Shown here one piece after another: positions 40,093 through 49,666 of a stretch of 64,000 nucleotides of DNA (position 1 is its first letter; each line of letters begins with the position of its first letter). Position numbers and translations under genes: made by a program. This DNA is from Desulfuromonadales bacterium. GTDB lineage: Bacteria > Desulfobacterota > Desulfuromonadia > Desulfuromonadales > JACZKF01. The stretch covers positions 6,985 through 70,984 of the forward strand of contig JBJHBH010000006.1 of the NCBI GenBank assembly GCA_050485365.1, given 5' to 3'. The notes under the pieces were generated by a model. The model made no database searches, was not told where the DNA came from, and saw nothing but the letters and a program-made list of their open reading frames with translations.

Positions 40093-40443
40093 ATGCATTT
40101 CAAACTCATCATCGCCCTGGTGGAAGATGCCAAGACAGACGTGATCCTTGCCGCAGCCCGGGATGCCGGGGCCACAGGGGCCACCGTTCTCAATCAGGCC
40201 CGGGGAGAAGGGCTGGAGCAGAAGCGCACCTTTTTCGGCCTCGCTCTTGAAGCGCAGCGTGACATGCTCCTATTCCTGGTAGAGGAGCACCTGAGCCGAT
40301 CGATTCTCGAAACGATCGCCCGTGTGGGGGAATTCGACGATACCCCGGGGACCGGAATCGCCTTTCAGCTCGATGTCGAGGATGCAGTCGGGGTGAGTCA
40401 GCAGATCCGCAAGCTATCGTCCGTCGTGGAGGATGAGATATGA
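40093..40443 (+). CDS. P-II-like signal transduction protein
   Basis: Start MHFKLIIALVEDAKTDVILAAARDAGATGATVL after AAGGAGAG. About 116 aa with a P-II fold pattern. It is in frame inside track ORF 39754..40443. Confidence 0.65.
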   Translation: MHFKLIIALVEDAKTDVILAAARDAGATGATVLNQARGEGLEQKRTFFGLALEAQRDMLLFLVEEHLSRSILETIARVGEFDDTPGTGIAFQLDVEDAVGVSQQIRKLSSVVEDEI

Positions 40444-40844
40444 ACGAGAGAAAAAGGATACGCGTTCGGGACGTGATGACGCCGAACGTCGTGACGGTGG
40501 AAGGCATGCTCAGCATCCGGGAGGCCCTGAACATCATGCGGGAGAAGGGGCTCAAGTGCTTGCTGGTGCAAAAACGCCATCCCGAGGACGAGTATGGTCT
40601 GCTCCTCCTCTCCGATATCGCACGGCAGGTCCTCGCCAAAGACCGGGCGCCGCAGCGGGTGAACGTCTACGAAATCATGGCCAAACCACTGATTTCAGTC
40701 GATCCGGGGATGGATATCCGCTACTGCGCGCGCCTCTTCGACCGTTTCGATATCTCCCGGGCACCCGTCGTCGAGAACGGCGAGGTGGTCGGTGTCGTGA
40801 GTCTTACCGATCTGGTCCTTCGCGGACTTTGTGTTTCAGAATAA
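40440..40844 (+). CDS. CBS-pair domain protein
   Basis: 134 aa with two CBS repeats (VRDVMTPNVVTV ... ISRAPVVENGEVVGVVSLTDL). Confidence 0.8.
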   Translation: MNERKRIRVRDVMTPNVVTVEGMLSIREALNIMREKGLKCLLVQKRHPEDEYGLLLLSDIARQVLAKDRAPQRVNVYEIMAKPLISVDPGMDIRYCARLFDRFDISRAPVVENGEVVGVVSLTDLVLRGLCVSE

Positions 40845-40859
40845 AGGTCAGGAGGTTTT

Positions 40860-41660
40860 ATGCGAATATTGTACGCCACAGACGGCTCTTCTCAGGCGCG
40901 GGCAGCCGGCGTTTTGCTGACGAGCCTGAATCTTTCCCCGAAAGATCGACTGACTATTTTCACGGTGGATGATCGAAGCGGAGAGATCGCCTATGACCAG
41001 ATCTTCACGTCAGCGTTCGAGGATCTTTCGGGGACAGCCGCTACGATCGACACCAGAAACGCAGAAGGCTTTGCGGACGAGGGGATTCTCAAGGAGGCAA
41101 GGCGGTCGGCGTCAGACCTGCTTGTGCTGGGGGCTAAAGGGAGTTCTGTCGGAAGAGATGCGAGACGCGTGCTTCGACATGCGCCCTGCTCCGTGCTGGT
41201 GGCTCGGCAGAAATACACCTCGATGCGCAACATCCTTTTCGCCTTTGATGGAACAGGGCCGTCGATTGCAGCGGCCCAAAACCTTCTTCGCTTCCCCCTG
41301 CCGCCGGATGCAAGAATACACCTCGTCACCGTTCTTCGCCCAATGAATCCAAACCTCCCTCAGCGTGAGTCCGAACACCTGCGCAATGGCCTCGATGCAG
41401 ACCAGGTGCTCGGGGATCTGGATCGAATAAAGGATAATTTTCGTGCTGCAGGGCGGCAGGCTCTCCTCCACACCTTGCGGGGCCACCCTGCCGCGTGTCT
41501 GCTCGACTATGCGAAGACCGAGGAAATCGATCTCATTGTGCTGGGTTTCTATAACACAAGTGTGCCTGAGCGGATTCTGCGCTTCTTCATCGGGAGCATT
41601 TCTGAAAGAGTCGTTCGTCACGCGTCCTGCTCTATTTTGCTGATGAGACCAACCTCTTGA
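40860..41660 (+). CDS. tandem universal stress protein, paralog 2
   Basis: N-terminus MRILYATDGSSQARAAGVLL, nearly identical to the 37733 gene (MRILYATDGSPQARSAGVLL). Confidence 0.85.
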   Translation: MRILYATDGSSQARAAGVLLTSLNLSPKDRLTIFTVDDRSGEIAYDQIFTSAFEDLSGTAATIDTRNAEGFADEGILKEARRSASDLLVLGAKGSSVGRDARRVLRHAPCSVLVARQKYTSMRNILFAFDGTGPSIAAAQNLLRFPLPPDARIHLVTVLRPMNPNLPQRESEHLRNGLDADQVLGDLDRIKDNFRAAGRQALLHTLRGHPAACLLDYAKTEEIDLIVLGFYNTSVPERILRFFIGSISERVVRHASCSILLMRPTS

Positions 41661-42178
41661 GAGTACAATCCCATGGACTTTACAAAATGAGCACTTTCGT
41701 TTTTTCTTTTCCTCTCCTCTTCTGAGGCGAAATCCGAGGCTTCACCCCGCTGAAACGCAAAACTCCTTGCCTCTTCTTGCTATTGTCGTCTTCTCCATCG
41801 CGGCTACGCAGGTGCACCTCGTTCTGGGGTCGATCGACCTTTTCGACCCGCTGCTCCTGGTCTTTACCGCCTTTCTCACCGTCGCGGCCTTATCGGCCCG
41901 CATCCTTTCACGCCCTTTCGGACTTCCGCCACGGCAGGGCAGGGTCCTCGCGTTCAGTTTCGGCACCGCAACTCCTTTGTGGTGCTTCCCCTCGCCCTTG
42001 CTCTTCCTTCGTCGTTCGAGCTGGCCGCCGTCGCCAGTCCCTGGTGGAGCTTGTCGGGATGGTGGTCTATCTGTGGTGGGTGCCGAAGCGGCTCTTTCCT
42101 GTGCCGAGTTGACGCCAAGGTGCATGAGGAGATGCCATCGGGTTCTCCCGGATGGCATCTCCTGCCGCCACTAGCCTC

Positions 42179-43117
42179 TCATGGGGTTTCCGGCAGCGCC
42201 TCCTTTTCCATGCGAGGGCGATGCTTCTCCCATGCGAGGACGAGAGCGCTGGCGACGAAGATGGTGGAGTAGGTCCCCGCAACGATCCCCACCAGCAGGG
42301 CGAAGGCGAAGTTTCGGATGACCGCGCCCCCCAGGAGAAAAAGGGAGGTCACCACCATGAGGGTCGTCCCCGACGTCAGCAGGGTTCGCGAGAGGGTCTC
42401 GTTGATGCTTCGGTTGACGGTGGCGGCGAACCCCTCACCAGGGTACCTGCCGAGGTTTTCTCGGATTCTGTCGAAGATGATGATCGTGTCGTTAAGCGAA
42501 TAGCCGATGATGGTGAGAAAGGCGGCGATGATCGGCAGGTCGATCTCCTTGCCGAAGATCGAGAAGAATCCGAGCGTGATCAGTACGTCGTGCACGAGGG
42601 CGACGACGGCCCCCACGGCGAAGCGGAACTCGAAGCGCCACGAGATATAGACCAGCGTACCGAGGATCGCATAGAGAAGCGCCAAAAGACCTTTTTCCCG
42701 CAGCTCTTTTCCGACCTGAGGTCCCACCATTTCGGTCCGGCGCACCTCCAGCCCCCCTTTGCCGAAACTCTGCTCAAGCGCCTCTTTTATCGTATGCGAA
42801 AATTGCTTCACTTCGGTGCCGCTCTCCTGGGTCCGGATCAGGAACTCATTCGATTGGTCACCGAACTGTTGGATTGTGAGAGAGCGCAAGCCCAGACTTT
42901 CGAGAGCATCTCGTATTTCGCCCGGCTGAGTCGGGTAAACAAATTGAACCTGGATGAGAGTGCCGCCGGCGAAGTCTATACCGTACTCAGGCCCCCCCTT
43001 GGAGACGAGCGAGACGAGTCCGGCAAGGATCACTAAAACGGAGAGCAGGACGGCGATTCGATTTTTCCCGACAAAGTCGAAAGTGCTGTTGGGTCTGACA
43101 ATCTGCATTTGCCTCAC
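42179..43117 (-). CDS. secF: protein translocase subunit SecF
   Basis: FDFVGKNRIAVLLSVLVILAGL ... GIDFAGGTLIQVQF ... SLNDTIIIFDRIREN, a classic SecF pattern. Confidence 0.85.
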   Translation of the reverse strand: MRQMQIVRPNSTFDFVGKNRIAVLLSVLVILAGLVSLVSKGGPEYGIDFAGGTLIQVQFVYPTQPGEIRDALESLGLRSLTIQQFGDQSNEFLIRTQESGTEVKQFSHTIKEALEQSFGKGGLEVRRTEMVGPQVGKELREKGLLALLYAILGTLVYISWRFEFRFAVGAVVALVHDVLITLGFFSIFGKEIDLPIIAAFLTIIGYSLNDTIIIFDRIRENLGRYPGEGFAATVNRSINETLSRTLLTSGTTLMVVTSLFLLGGAVIRNFAFALLVGIVAGTYSTIFVASALVLAWEKHRPRMEKEALPETP

Positions 43118-43267
43118 CTTCTTAACTGGGGTAGACCGGAACTTCCTTCAGCCGGACAGATCACGACTGGCAGGCGCCGGCACAATGCGTCAAGGAGCCT
43201 TATCTCACAGAGACGGTTCGGGCCTGCCCCTTGAAAGGGACAGGCGGTTCACAGTGATCGAACAGAC

Positions 43268-43672
43268 TCAGGAGTGAGGCGGTGGGCGCGGAAGGGAAAA
43301 TGCAGGAAATGCGGCGGATGGGTCGAGAAAGGTCGACTCGCGCTTAAGTAGATGGATGGACCGGTTTGAGGCAGGAAGCGCGATGCTGCACGGAGGTGAA
43401 GCGAAAGAAGTCGGAAGGTTGTCGGCATTCTCCGGCGACAGAGGAGCGGTTGCCGCCAGATCCGGGCTGAAAAAGGGGGCGCAGAGCGCGTCGGCAGGCC
43501 GGTAGCGAAAATCCTCGGCAAGGGCATTTGTCTGCAGCGCCAACAGGAGGATCGCCGGCAGCAGCCAGATCCATGCTCCGAGAAACACGCAGGAGTTTCG
43601 CTGTAGTGGGGCGGATTTTATGGGAAGTCGCTTTTGCATGAAGCCCATGGCCTCGGGTTCAAGGAGAGCCAA
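43268..43672 (-). CDS. hypothetical secreted protein
   Basis: The ORF has a signal-like segment (VFLGAWIWLLPAILLLALQTNALA). No recognisable family. Confidence 0.3.
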   Translation of the reverse strand: MALLEPEAMGFMQKRLPIKSAPLQRNSCVFLGAWIWLLPAILLLALQTNALAEDFRYRPADALCAPFFSPDLAATAPLSPENADNLPTSFASPPCSIALPASNRSIHLLKRESTFLDPSAAFPAFSLPRPPPHS

Positions 43673-44066
43673 TCATACGCCTTAAGCGAAAAGAAATCCA
43701 CATGTGAGAAGGAGGTATAACTGGCTTGAGGTTTCCGTAATTCCCGACCATCAGAACAAGGAAGGCACCCCGTTCATCTGGACACACCTACTCTGTTCTA
43801 CTTCTTGTCTCGATGATTAGCTCGGGAGAGTTAGTGCTTCATTTTTCAACAATCCGATTACTCCTGTGCAATGGGTAAGTGCAATCGAGTTGGAAAAGAC
43901 GGAGAAAATAGACCGAAAAAGCTGACTCTTTTCCTTGGTTTCCTACACATGGATGAAGGGCGATTGAACCTACGTGGAAGCTAGGCGATAGCGGCAGCCT
44001 TCGACAGTAGTTTGACAATGCTGACGGGTGGGTGGGAGAATTGAAAAAACTTTCCAGGAGAGATAG

Positions 44067-45431
44067 ATGGCTTTGGAATCGATTAATCCCACCACCGGGG
44101 AGACGCTGGAAACGTTCGACGAATGGCCCCCGGACCGTACACGGGAAAATCTCTCCGGCGTGAATGCGGCTTGGCTGGACTGGCGTCATACGTCATTTTC
44201 GCAGCGCTCGGACAGCATGCGTCGGGCGGCGCAGGTGCTTCGCCGCAACAAAGACGAATTCGCGCGGATCATGGCGCTGGAGATGGGCAAACCGATCGCC
44301 GGCGGCCGTGCCGAGATCGAGAAATGCGCCTGGGTCTGCGACTACTACGCCGAGAATGCCGAAGCGATGCTCGCCGATGAGCCGGCAAAGAGCGACGGCG
44401 CCCGGGCCTACGCCGCCTTTCGCCCCCTCGGGACGATTCTGGCGGTGATGCCGTGGAACTTCCCCTTCTGGCAGGTCTTCCGGTTTGCCGCTCCGGCACT
44501 GATGGCCGGCAACGCCGCTGCACTCAAGCACGCCTCCAACGTACCGCGTTGCGCCCTGGCCATTGAGGAGATCTTCCGCCAAGCCGGCTTCCCCGAAAAT
44601 GTCTTTCGTGCCCTGTTGATCGGCTCCGGGCAGGTGGAGAAGGTCATAGAGAACGAGACGATCAAGGCGGTCACCCTGACCGGAAGTGACAGGGCCGGCC
44701 GCACCGTGGCGGCCAAAGCCGGGGAGATGCTGAAGAAAACCGTGCTGGAGTTGGGCGGAAGCGACCCCTTCATCGTTCTCGCCGATGCCGATCTGGAGGA
44801 GTCTGCAAAAACAGGTGCGAAAGCCCGCTGCCTCAACTCCGGGCAGAGCTGCATCGCCGCCAAGCGATTCATTGTCGAGGCGGAGATATATGATGCCTGG
44901 CTCGACAGATTTCGGACCGCCATGTCGAAACTGGTGGTGGGCGATCCTCTCGACGAGCGTACGCAGATCGGCCCCCAGGCGCGCGAGGACCTGATGCGGG
45001 AACTGCACCGTCAAGTGGAAACCTCTGTGGCCATGGGCGCCAAAGTGCTTCTGGGCGGCAAGCCGATGGAGCGTCAGGGTTATTTTTATCCTCCGACTGT
45101 ACTGACTGATCTATCGCCGGGAATGCCCGCCTGCGACGAAGAACTCTTCGGGCCGGTCGCCTCGGTCTTTAAGGTGCGCGATGAAAAGGAGGCGGTGGAG
45201 GTCGCCAACGCCACACCCTTTGGCCTGGGCGCCTCGCTCTGGACCCGCAACAGCTTCAAAGGGGAGGCGATCGCCGCACGAATCGATGCCGGGGCGGTCT
45301 TCATCAACGGCATCGTTAAGAGTGATCCGCGCCTGCCGTTCGGCGGCGTGAAGATCTCGGGGTACGGGCGCGAGCTTTCCTATTACGGGATCAAGGAGTT
45401 TGTGAATATCCAGACAGTGTGGGTGAAATAA
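44067..45431 (+). CDS. NAD(P)-dependent aldehyde dehydrogenase, succinate-semialdehyde dehydrogenase-like
   Basis: ALDH motifs VLELGGSDP and NSGQSCIAAKR (catalytic Cys). 454 aa. Confidence 0.85.
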   Translation: MALESINPTTGETLETFDEWPPDRTRENLSGVNAAWLDWRHTSFSQRSDSMRRAAQVLRRNKDEFARIMALEMGKPIAGGRAEIEKCAWVCDYYAENAEAMLADEPAKSDGARAYAAFRPLGTILAVMPWNFPFWQVFRFAAPALMAGNAAALKHASNVPRCALAIEEIFRQAGFPENVFRALLIGSGQVEKVIENETIKAVTLTGSDRAGRTVAAKAGEMLKKTVLELGGSDPFIVLADADLEESAKTGAKARCLNSGQSCIAAKRFIVEAEIYDAWLDRFRTAMSKLVVGDPLDERTQIGPQAREDLMRELHRQVETSVAMGAKVLLGGKPMERQGYFYPPTVLTDLSPGMPACDEELFGPVASVFKVRDEKEAVEVANATPFGLGASLWTRNSFKGEAIAARIDAGAVFINGIVKSDPRLPFGGVKISGYGRELSYYGIKEFVNIQTVWVK

Positions 45432-45432
45432 G

Positions 45433-45447
45433 CGAAAGCGCCTTTCG
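45433..45447 (+). terminator. short hairpin after the aldehyde dehydrogenase gene
   Basis: CGAAAG-CGC-CTTTCG directly after the stop codon. Weak T tail. Confidence 0.35.
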
Positions 45448-45511
45448 GATTTGCGAACGGCCTGTCCCAGTTTCTTCCGCTCGGTGATGTCGCGAGCCAG
45501 AAATGAGAAGG

Positions 45512-46513
45512 TCAGCTCCCCTTCCTTGTGCGGCGGCACCAATGCAACAAATTGGCCGTTTCGCCTCCGACTCCCGGAAGGGAAACCCTGCGCCCGCCAC
45601 ACTCGCAGGAATGCGGGAAGCGCTCAGCGGCGTCCCTGCGCCCCTCGTCCTGCAGGGCGGCGACGAAATAGAGTCGGGCGTCCCAGTTCTTCATGAGCTT
45701 ATAACCGGTCAGGACGGCCAGGTCCTGGTTTCCCAAGTCCATGCTCACCTCCCACCCGGGACCGCGGTCGGAGAACCAGACGTTAATGCGTCGGTGGATA
45801 TCCAGCCCTCGGTGTTGAAAATCGCAAAAGAGAAGTACGCCGATTTTGGCCTGCAGTGCGGTTTCGATGATCTCCGTCACCTCAGGCTCGCGCTCGGGCG
45901 TCTCGGGCATGCGCAGAAAAAGGATGTTCGGCCTGAAGAAGGTCCCGCCGAAGGTCTCGATCCCCGCTTTGAGGTTGTCTCCAAAGCTGGCCGCTGAAAT
46001 CACTGTCCAGGTGGCGAAGATCTTCTCCTCCCGGAAGCTCTCGATAATGCGGGGAAGCTCGTCCGCAAGCGTCTCTTCCCGGACCCGCCCGGTGAGACCG
46101 ACCACCTTGAGGAAGCCCTTGGGATAGCTGAGATCGCGGATGATGGCGAATGTCTGGCGCAGGTGGTTGATCTCTTCCACCGGCACCAGCAGATTGGCCT
46201 TCCATGTGCGCTCCCGTGCGGCGGCGATCTCCCCCGACTTCTTGGCCGCCCATTCGGCCAGAGCGACGAAGAGGCCGCTGCGCACATCTCCGAAGGGAGC
46301 TTCAAGTTGGCGTCGAATGAGGGCGGTATGGATAAGTAGCACGACGATCAGGGCGATGATGGTGAAGGTCGGATTGACTACGATCATGGCGAAGAGGCAC
46401 CCGAGGGCGCCCAGGCGACGGAGACGAGGGAGATGAGGATAACAGGAGTCAGGCCGGAACTGCCCCCGTTGAGGTTGTGAGATCCACCGGTTGAAGGTAT
46501 CCGGCCGAAATGT
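45512..46513 (-). pseudogene. 5'- and 3'-truncated remnant of a cation-chloride-cotransporter-like (SLC12/APC) permease
   Basis: The frame reads FRPDSCYPHLPRLRRLGALGCLFAMIVVNPTFTIIALIVVLL (last TM pair), then WKANLLVPVEE... and FRPNILFLRMPE, the C-terminal domain hallmarks. The roughly 10 upstream TM segments are missing and an in-frame TAA sits at 46514-46516. Confidence 0.6.
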
Positions 46514-46595
46514 TTACTCCCGAATCCCAAGCCGGGTTTCAAAATGCTCCCTAGCCGTGAGTTGATAGACGAAATTGTAAGAAGGTGAGTGATGA

Positions 46596-47048
46596 CTATG
46601 GCCGATTCTGCAGATCTTCGATCAGCGCCTTCATTTCGGAGATTTCTTTACGCTGACTTTCGATGATCTTGTCGGCAAGTTCACGGACGCGCGGATCTGT
46701 GATCTGAGCGCGCTCGCTCGTCAGAATCGCGATTGAATGGTGCGGAATCATGGCCTTCATATAAGACACATCCTCGACGGTCACCTGGCTGCGCACGAGC
46801 CAGAGGGCTAGAGAGAATACGACAGCGCTCCCAACGAAGATACTGATATTTACTCGCCGATTGGTGAGCATGTTCTGCATGAAGGACAGCATGATGACCG
46901 CCATTGAAGCTCCCATCACGAACGCCATGTATGTACGCGTTTCACTGAAACTCACGTGGTCTAACTGGTAAGTGTTCAGATACATAAGCCCCAGCATGAC
47001 AACGGTGGAGGTCGCTATCATGGCGCCGAACCTCGCGTACATCTTCAT
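46596..47048 (-). CDS. DUF305-family protein
   Basis: MKAMIPHHSIAILTSE ... ELADKIIESQRKEISEM. Confidence 0.75.
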   Translation of the reverse strand: MKMYARFGAMIATSTVVMLGLMYLNTYQLDHVSFSETRTYMAFVMGASMAVIMLSFMQNMLTNRRVNISIFVGSAVVFSLALWLVRSQVTVEDVSYMKAMIPHHSIAILTSERAQITDPRVRELADKIIESQRKEISEMKALIEDLQNRP

Positions 47049-47100
47049 AGCCTTTCTCCTTTGGCAGTTTTCCAGGGGATGGGACGAGTTGCGATTGGCG

Positions 47101-47508
47101 CTAGTCAGCCGAAACTACAAGGAAGAGCGCGATCAGCGAGCTCAGGATGAGAATGGAGATCAGAATGGCGATACCCCAAAAGGGAAACATCCTGAAGCCC
47201 TGCTCCTTCATCTCGCGGTAACCATCCCAGTATCGCCACAGGGCGATGGCAAAAATCCCCACGCCGACACCAACGAATACCCCTCCCAGAATGAGCGTGA
47301 GTAGCGGCATCCCTGGATGACTGATCAGTCGTGCAAAGGCAAGCCCGGCGGCGACGGTTGCCAGAGCGGTTCGCATCCAGGCGCTGAAGGTTCTCTCTCT
47401 GGCGAAAAGGGTCCGCTGCAGTGCCCATTCCGACCTGTCCCTTGCCAACTCACGCTTTGATTCCGAGCCGTCCGGAGGGACCATGTTTTCAGATATCTTC
47501 TTAACCAT
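47101..47508 (-). CDS. DUF202 (YidH-like) membrane protein
   Basis: LARDRSEWALQRTLFARERTFSAWMRTALA followed by 3 TM segments. Confidence 0.7.
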   Translation of the reverse strand: MVKKISENMVPPDGSESKRELARDRSEWALQRTLFARERTFSAWMRTALATVAAGLAFARLISHPGMPLLTLILGGVFVGVGVGIFAIALWRYWDGYREMKEQGFRMFPFWGIAILISILILSSLIALFLVVSAD

Positions 47509-47831
47509 ACCCTGATTTCTCTGTCGGGACGGATTTCGAGTCGCTAGGAAACCTTGCGCCAGGTACTCTCTTTATAGTTTTATAACTGCTTTCGTTCGTT
47601 CTTCCAGCAAGCACCTGAATCTCTTGCCGAACGCCAGGCCGCTCTGATGGAGTGAACAGAGAGGCTGGCGCAAGTGCGGTCCAAGCCCGCGGGAAGAGCC
47701 TTGTCCAATTCTCATAGCGCCTGCCTCAAGAGAAAGGACCTGAATGAATTGGCCCTTTTTCGTGTCTGAAACATACCGGCACCAAACTGCGAGGAAACTG
47801 TTTCGGTCCCGAGTGCAACCCTGGAGTGCTC

Positions 47832-48290
47832 TTAGCTCCTCAGTCTTTTCAAAAGATGATAATTTGCTGAGGGCGTCAACCCCTGTCGCATGAAGTACGC
47901 CAGTGCCCTCTTGTTTGTCGGCGTCACCTCCAACTGGATCGCTTTTACGTGGGCTTCGCTCGTTTCGGAAATATAATCCATGAAAGCAGTCCCGATTCCC
48001 TGCTTGCGCCACGCCGGTTTGACGTAGAGTTCGTCGACTGAGACGATATGCCCGCCGTACTCATTGCTCCAGAGATGGATGAGAATGGCATAGCCAACCA
48101 CATCCTCCTTGATCTGGAAAAGGGTGATCTCTCCCTTATGCGGATGAAGTACCAATTCTTTGGCCGTTCGTTGCACCTTTTCACTCGACATCGGCTTACC
48201 AGGTTCATCTTCGCGATAAAGTGCCAGGACCATTTGCTCAAAAAGAGGCAGGTCTGCTTCTTTGAACCGTCGAAACTCTAGCCCATCCAT
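47832..48290 (-). CDS. GNAT-family N-acetyltransferase
   Basis: ...ELYVKPAWRKQGIGTAFMDYI... acetyl-CoA binding motif. Confidence 0.85.
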   Translation of the reverse strand: MDGLEFRRFKEADLPLFEQMVLALYREDEPGKPMSSEKVQRTAKELVLHPHKGEITLFQIKEDVVGYAILIHLWSNEYGGHIVSVDELYVKPAWRKQGIGTAFMDYISETSEAHVKAIQLEVTPTNKRALAYFMRQGLTPSANYHLLKRLRS

Positions 48291-48330
48291 AAAAGGAATC
48301 CTTCAGCAGAGAACTCATCTTAGAGAAAAA

Positions 48331-48379
48331 CCGCACACAGAAGGGCCGTGATGTTTGATCACGGCCCTTCTGTGTGCGG
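48331..48379 (-). terminator. very strong bidirectional terminator hairpin
   Basis: 22-bp perfect stem CCGCACACAGAAGGGCCGTGAT / ATCACGGCCCTTCTGTGTGCGG with a 5-nt loop, flanked by A5 and T4. Confidence 0.85.
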
Positions 48380-48382
48380 TTT

Positions 48383-48952
48383 TCAGGATCTATCGAGGTT
48401 TACCTGTACGGGAACCGGCTTTGCAAGGGAGTTGAAGACCGGGGAGTATTTCTGGGCCATGGCCAGAAGCTCCTCTTTTTCCTCTTCGCTCAAATCGGCC
48501 TCGATCTTGAATGAGACGCGGATTCCCTGGTAGGCGACCGGAATGGTCTCGGAGAGTCCGAGAAAACCCTGCACGTTGAGATCGCCTTCGTAGCGTGATT
48601 CGATCGATCTGATCTCGATCCCCCGTGCCGCGGCGTGGGCGACCATCGCCGTCGTGAGGCATCCGGAGAGGCCGACGAGCAGATACTCGACGGGGTTGGC
48701 TCCCAGGTTGGTTCCGAGCAGGACCGGCGGCTCATCGATTTCGAAGTGCATCGCCTCACGGGAGTCGTCTTCCTGCAGCGCACCGTAGAAGTCCTTGACC
48801 CTGGCCTGGTTGTGCGTGCTGCCGGCCCAGCGGTTCGTCGCACGGAACTTGAACTTTGAGATATCCGGATTGTTTTTGATCACTTCGATGGTGTCAAAGA
48901 GCTGAGTGACATTAATCCCATTGACGGTTTTCATCTCTTTTGCGGTTTCCAT
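48383..48952 (-). CDS. OsmC/Ohr-family peroxiredoxin-like protein
   Basis: ...GANPVEYLLVGLSGCLTTAMV... and ...AQKYSPVFNSL... OsmC signatures. Confidence 0.8.
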   Translation of the reverse strand: METAKEMKTVNGINVTQLFDTIEVIKNNPDISKFKFRATNRWAGSTHNQARVKDFYGALQEDDSREAMHFEIDEPPVLLGTNLGANPVEYLLVGLSGCLTTAMVAHAAARGIEIRSIESRYEGDLNVQGFLGLSETIPVAYQGIRVSFKIEADLSEEEKEELLAMAQKYSPVFNSLAKPVPVQVNLDRS

Positions 48953-48970
48953 CTCTCTTCTCCATTTAGT

Positions 48971-48989
48971 TAGACAGATCAGTCTGTCT
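48971..48989. promoter_or_regulatory. TetR-operator candidate A (upstream of osmC-like gene)
   Basis: TAGACAGATCAGTCTGTCT, with inverted half-sites AGACAGA/TCTGTCT. Confidence 0.5.
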
Positions 48990-49017
48990 TGTTTGCGGGC
49001 AAAAAAACTTCCGCCCC

Positions 49018-49608
49018 TTAGTCGATGAGACGCTTTACCATCTCGACCCCCTGCCGCGCCGGCCAGATGTCATTATAGATCTCCGTCATCGCAATGGTCC
49101 CCCCGAGAATGACAAGATAGTCGTCCGCCAGTCTGTCGGCATCGAGTTCGCCGTAGTTGTATCGATCCGATTGGATCAGTTCGTGCGCCAAATCCCGAAT
49201 AAGACGGCGCAGGCTCTCGTAGTGTTTATGCCCTTCGCGCCTGAGCAGGTTGCGGGGATCGGGGATCTCGGCCACCATGTTCAAAAACGCGCAGCCGCGA
49301 AGCCTGTTCGCCTTCAGCCACGGTTCCACCGATTCGATCACCGCCAAAAGCCTCTCTCTCGGCGTATCGCGGTCCCTGACGAAAGCCGTGATCGCCTCGT
49401 ACTCCGAGGTGTTGCGGTCCTGCAGGTACGCCAGGCAAAGATCCTCTTTGGTCGGAAAGTGGTTGTAGAAGGTCGCCTTCGCGACTCCCGACTTCTCGAT
49501 GACCTCGTTGATGCCGGTCGCCCGGTATCCCTGCTGAAAGAAGAGTTCAGCCGCCGTGCTCATGATGCGCTCTCGTGGAGCTATGTCGGTGCGTTTTTTT
49601 GTTGTCAT
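49018..49608 (-). CDS. TetR/AcrR-family transcriptional regulator
   Basis: N-terminal HTH ...AAELFFQQGYRATGINEVIEKSGVAKATFYNHFPTKEDL. Confidence 0.9.
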   Translation of the reverse strand: MTTKKRTDIAPRERIMSTAAELFFQQGYRATGINEVIEKSGVAKATFYNHFPTKEDLCLAYLQDRNTSEYEAITAFVRDRDTPRERLLAVIESVEPWLKANRLRGCAFLNMVAEIPDPRNLLRREGHKHYESLRRLIRDLAHELIQSDRYNYGELDADRLADDYLVILGGTIAMTEIYNDIWPARQGVEMVKRLID

Positions 49609-49626
49609 GGTGAAACCATATCGCAG

Positions 49627-49644
49627 ATAGACCTGTCTGTCTAC
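49627..49644. promoter_or_regulatory. TetR-operator candidate B (upstream of tetR)
   Basis: ATAGACCTGTCTGTCTAC. Differs from candidate C at two positions (internal T/G and the last base). Confidence 0.5.
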
Positions 49645-49666
49645 CTATTGGAAAATTATTTTCCCG

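Noticed and set aside
41661-42178. Overlapping ORFs 41742..42158 (-) and 41767..42174 (+) between the USP gene and secF.
   Set aside because: Neither has an RBS, a recognisable family or convincing composition, and I cannot decide between the strands. Left unannotated.
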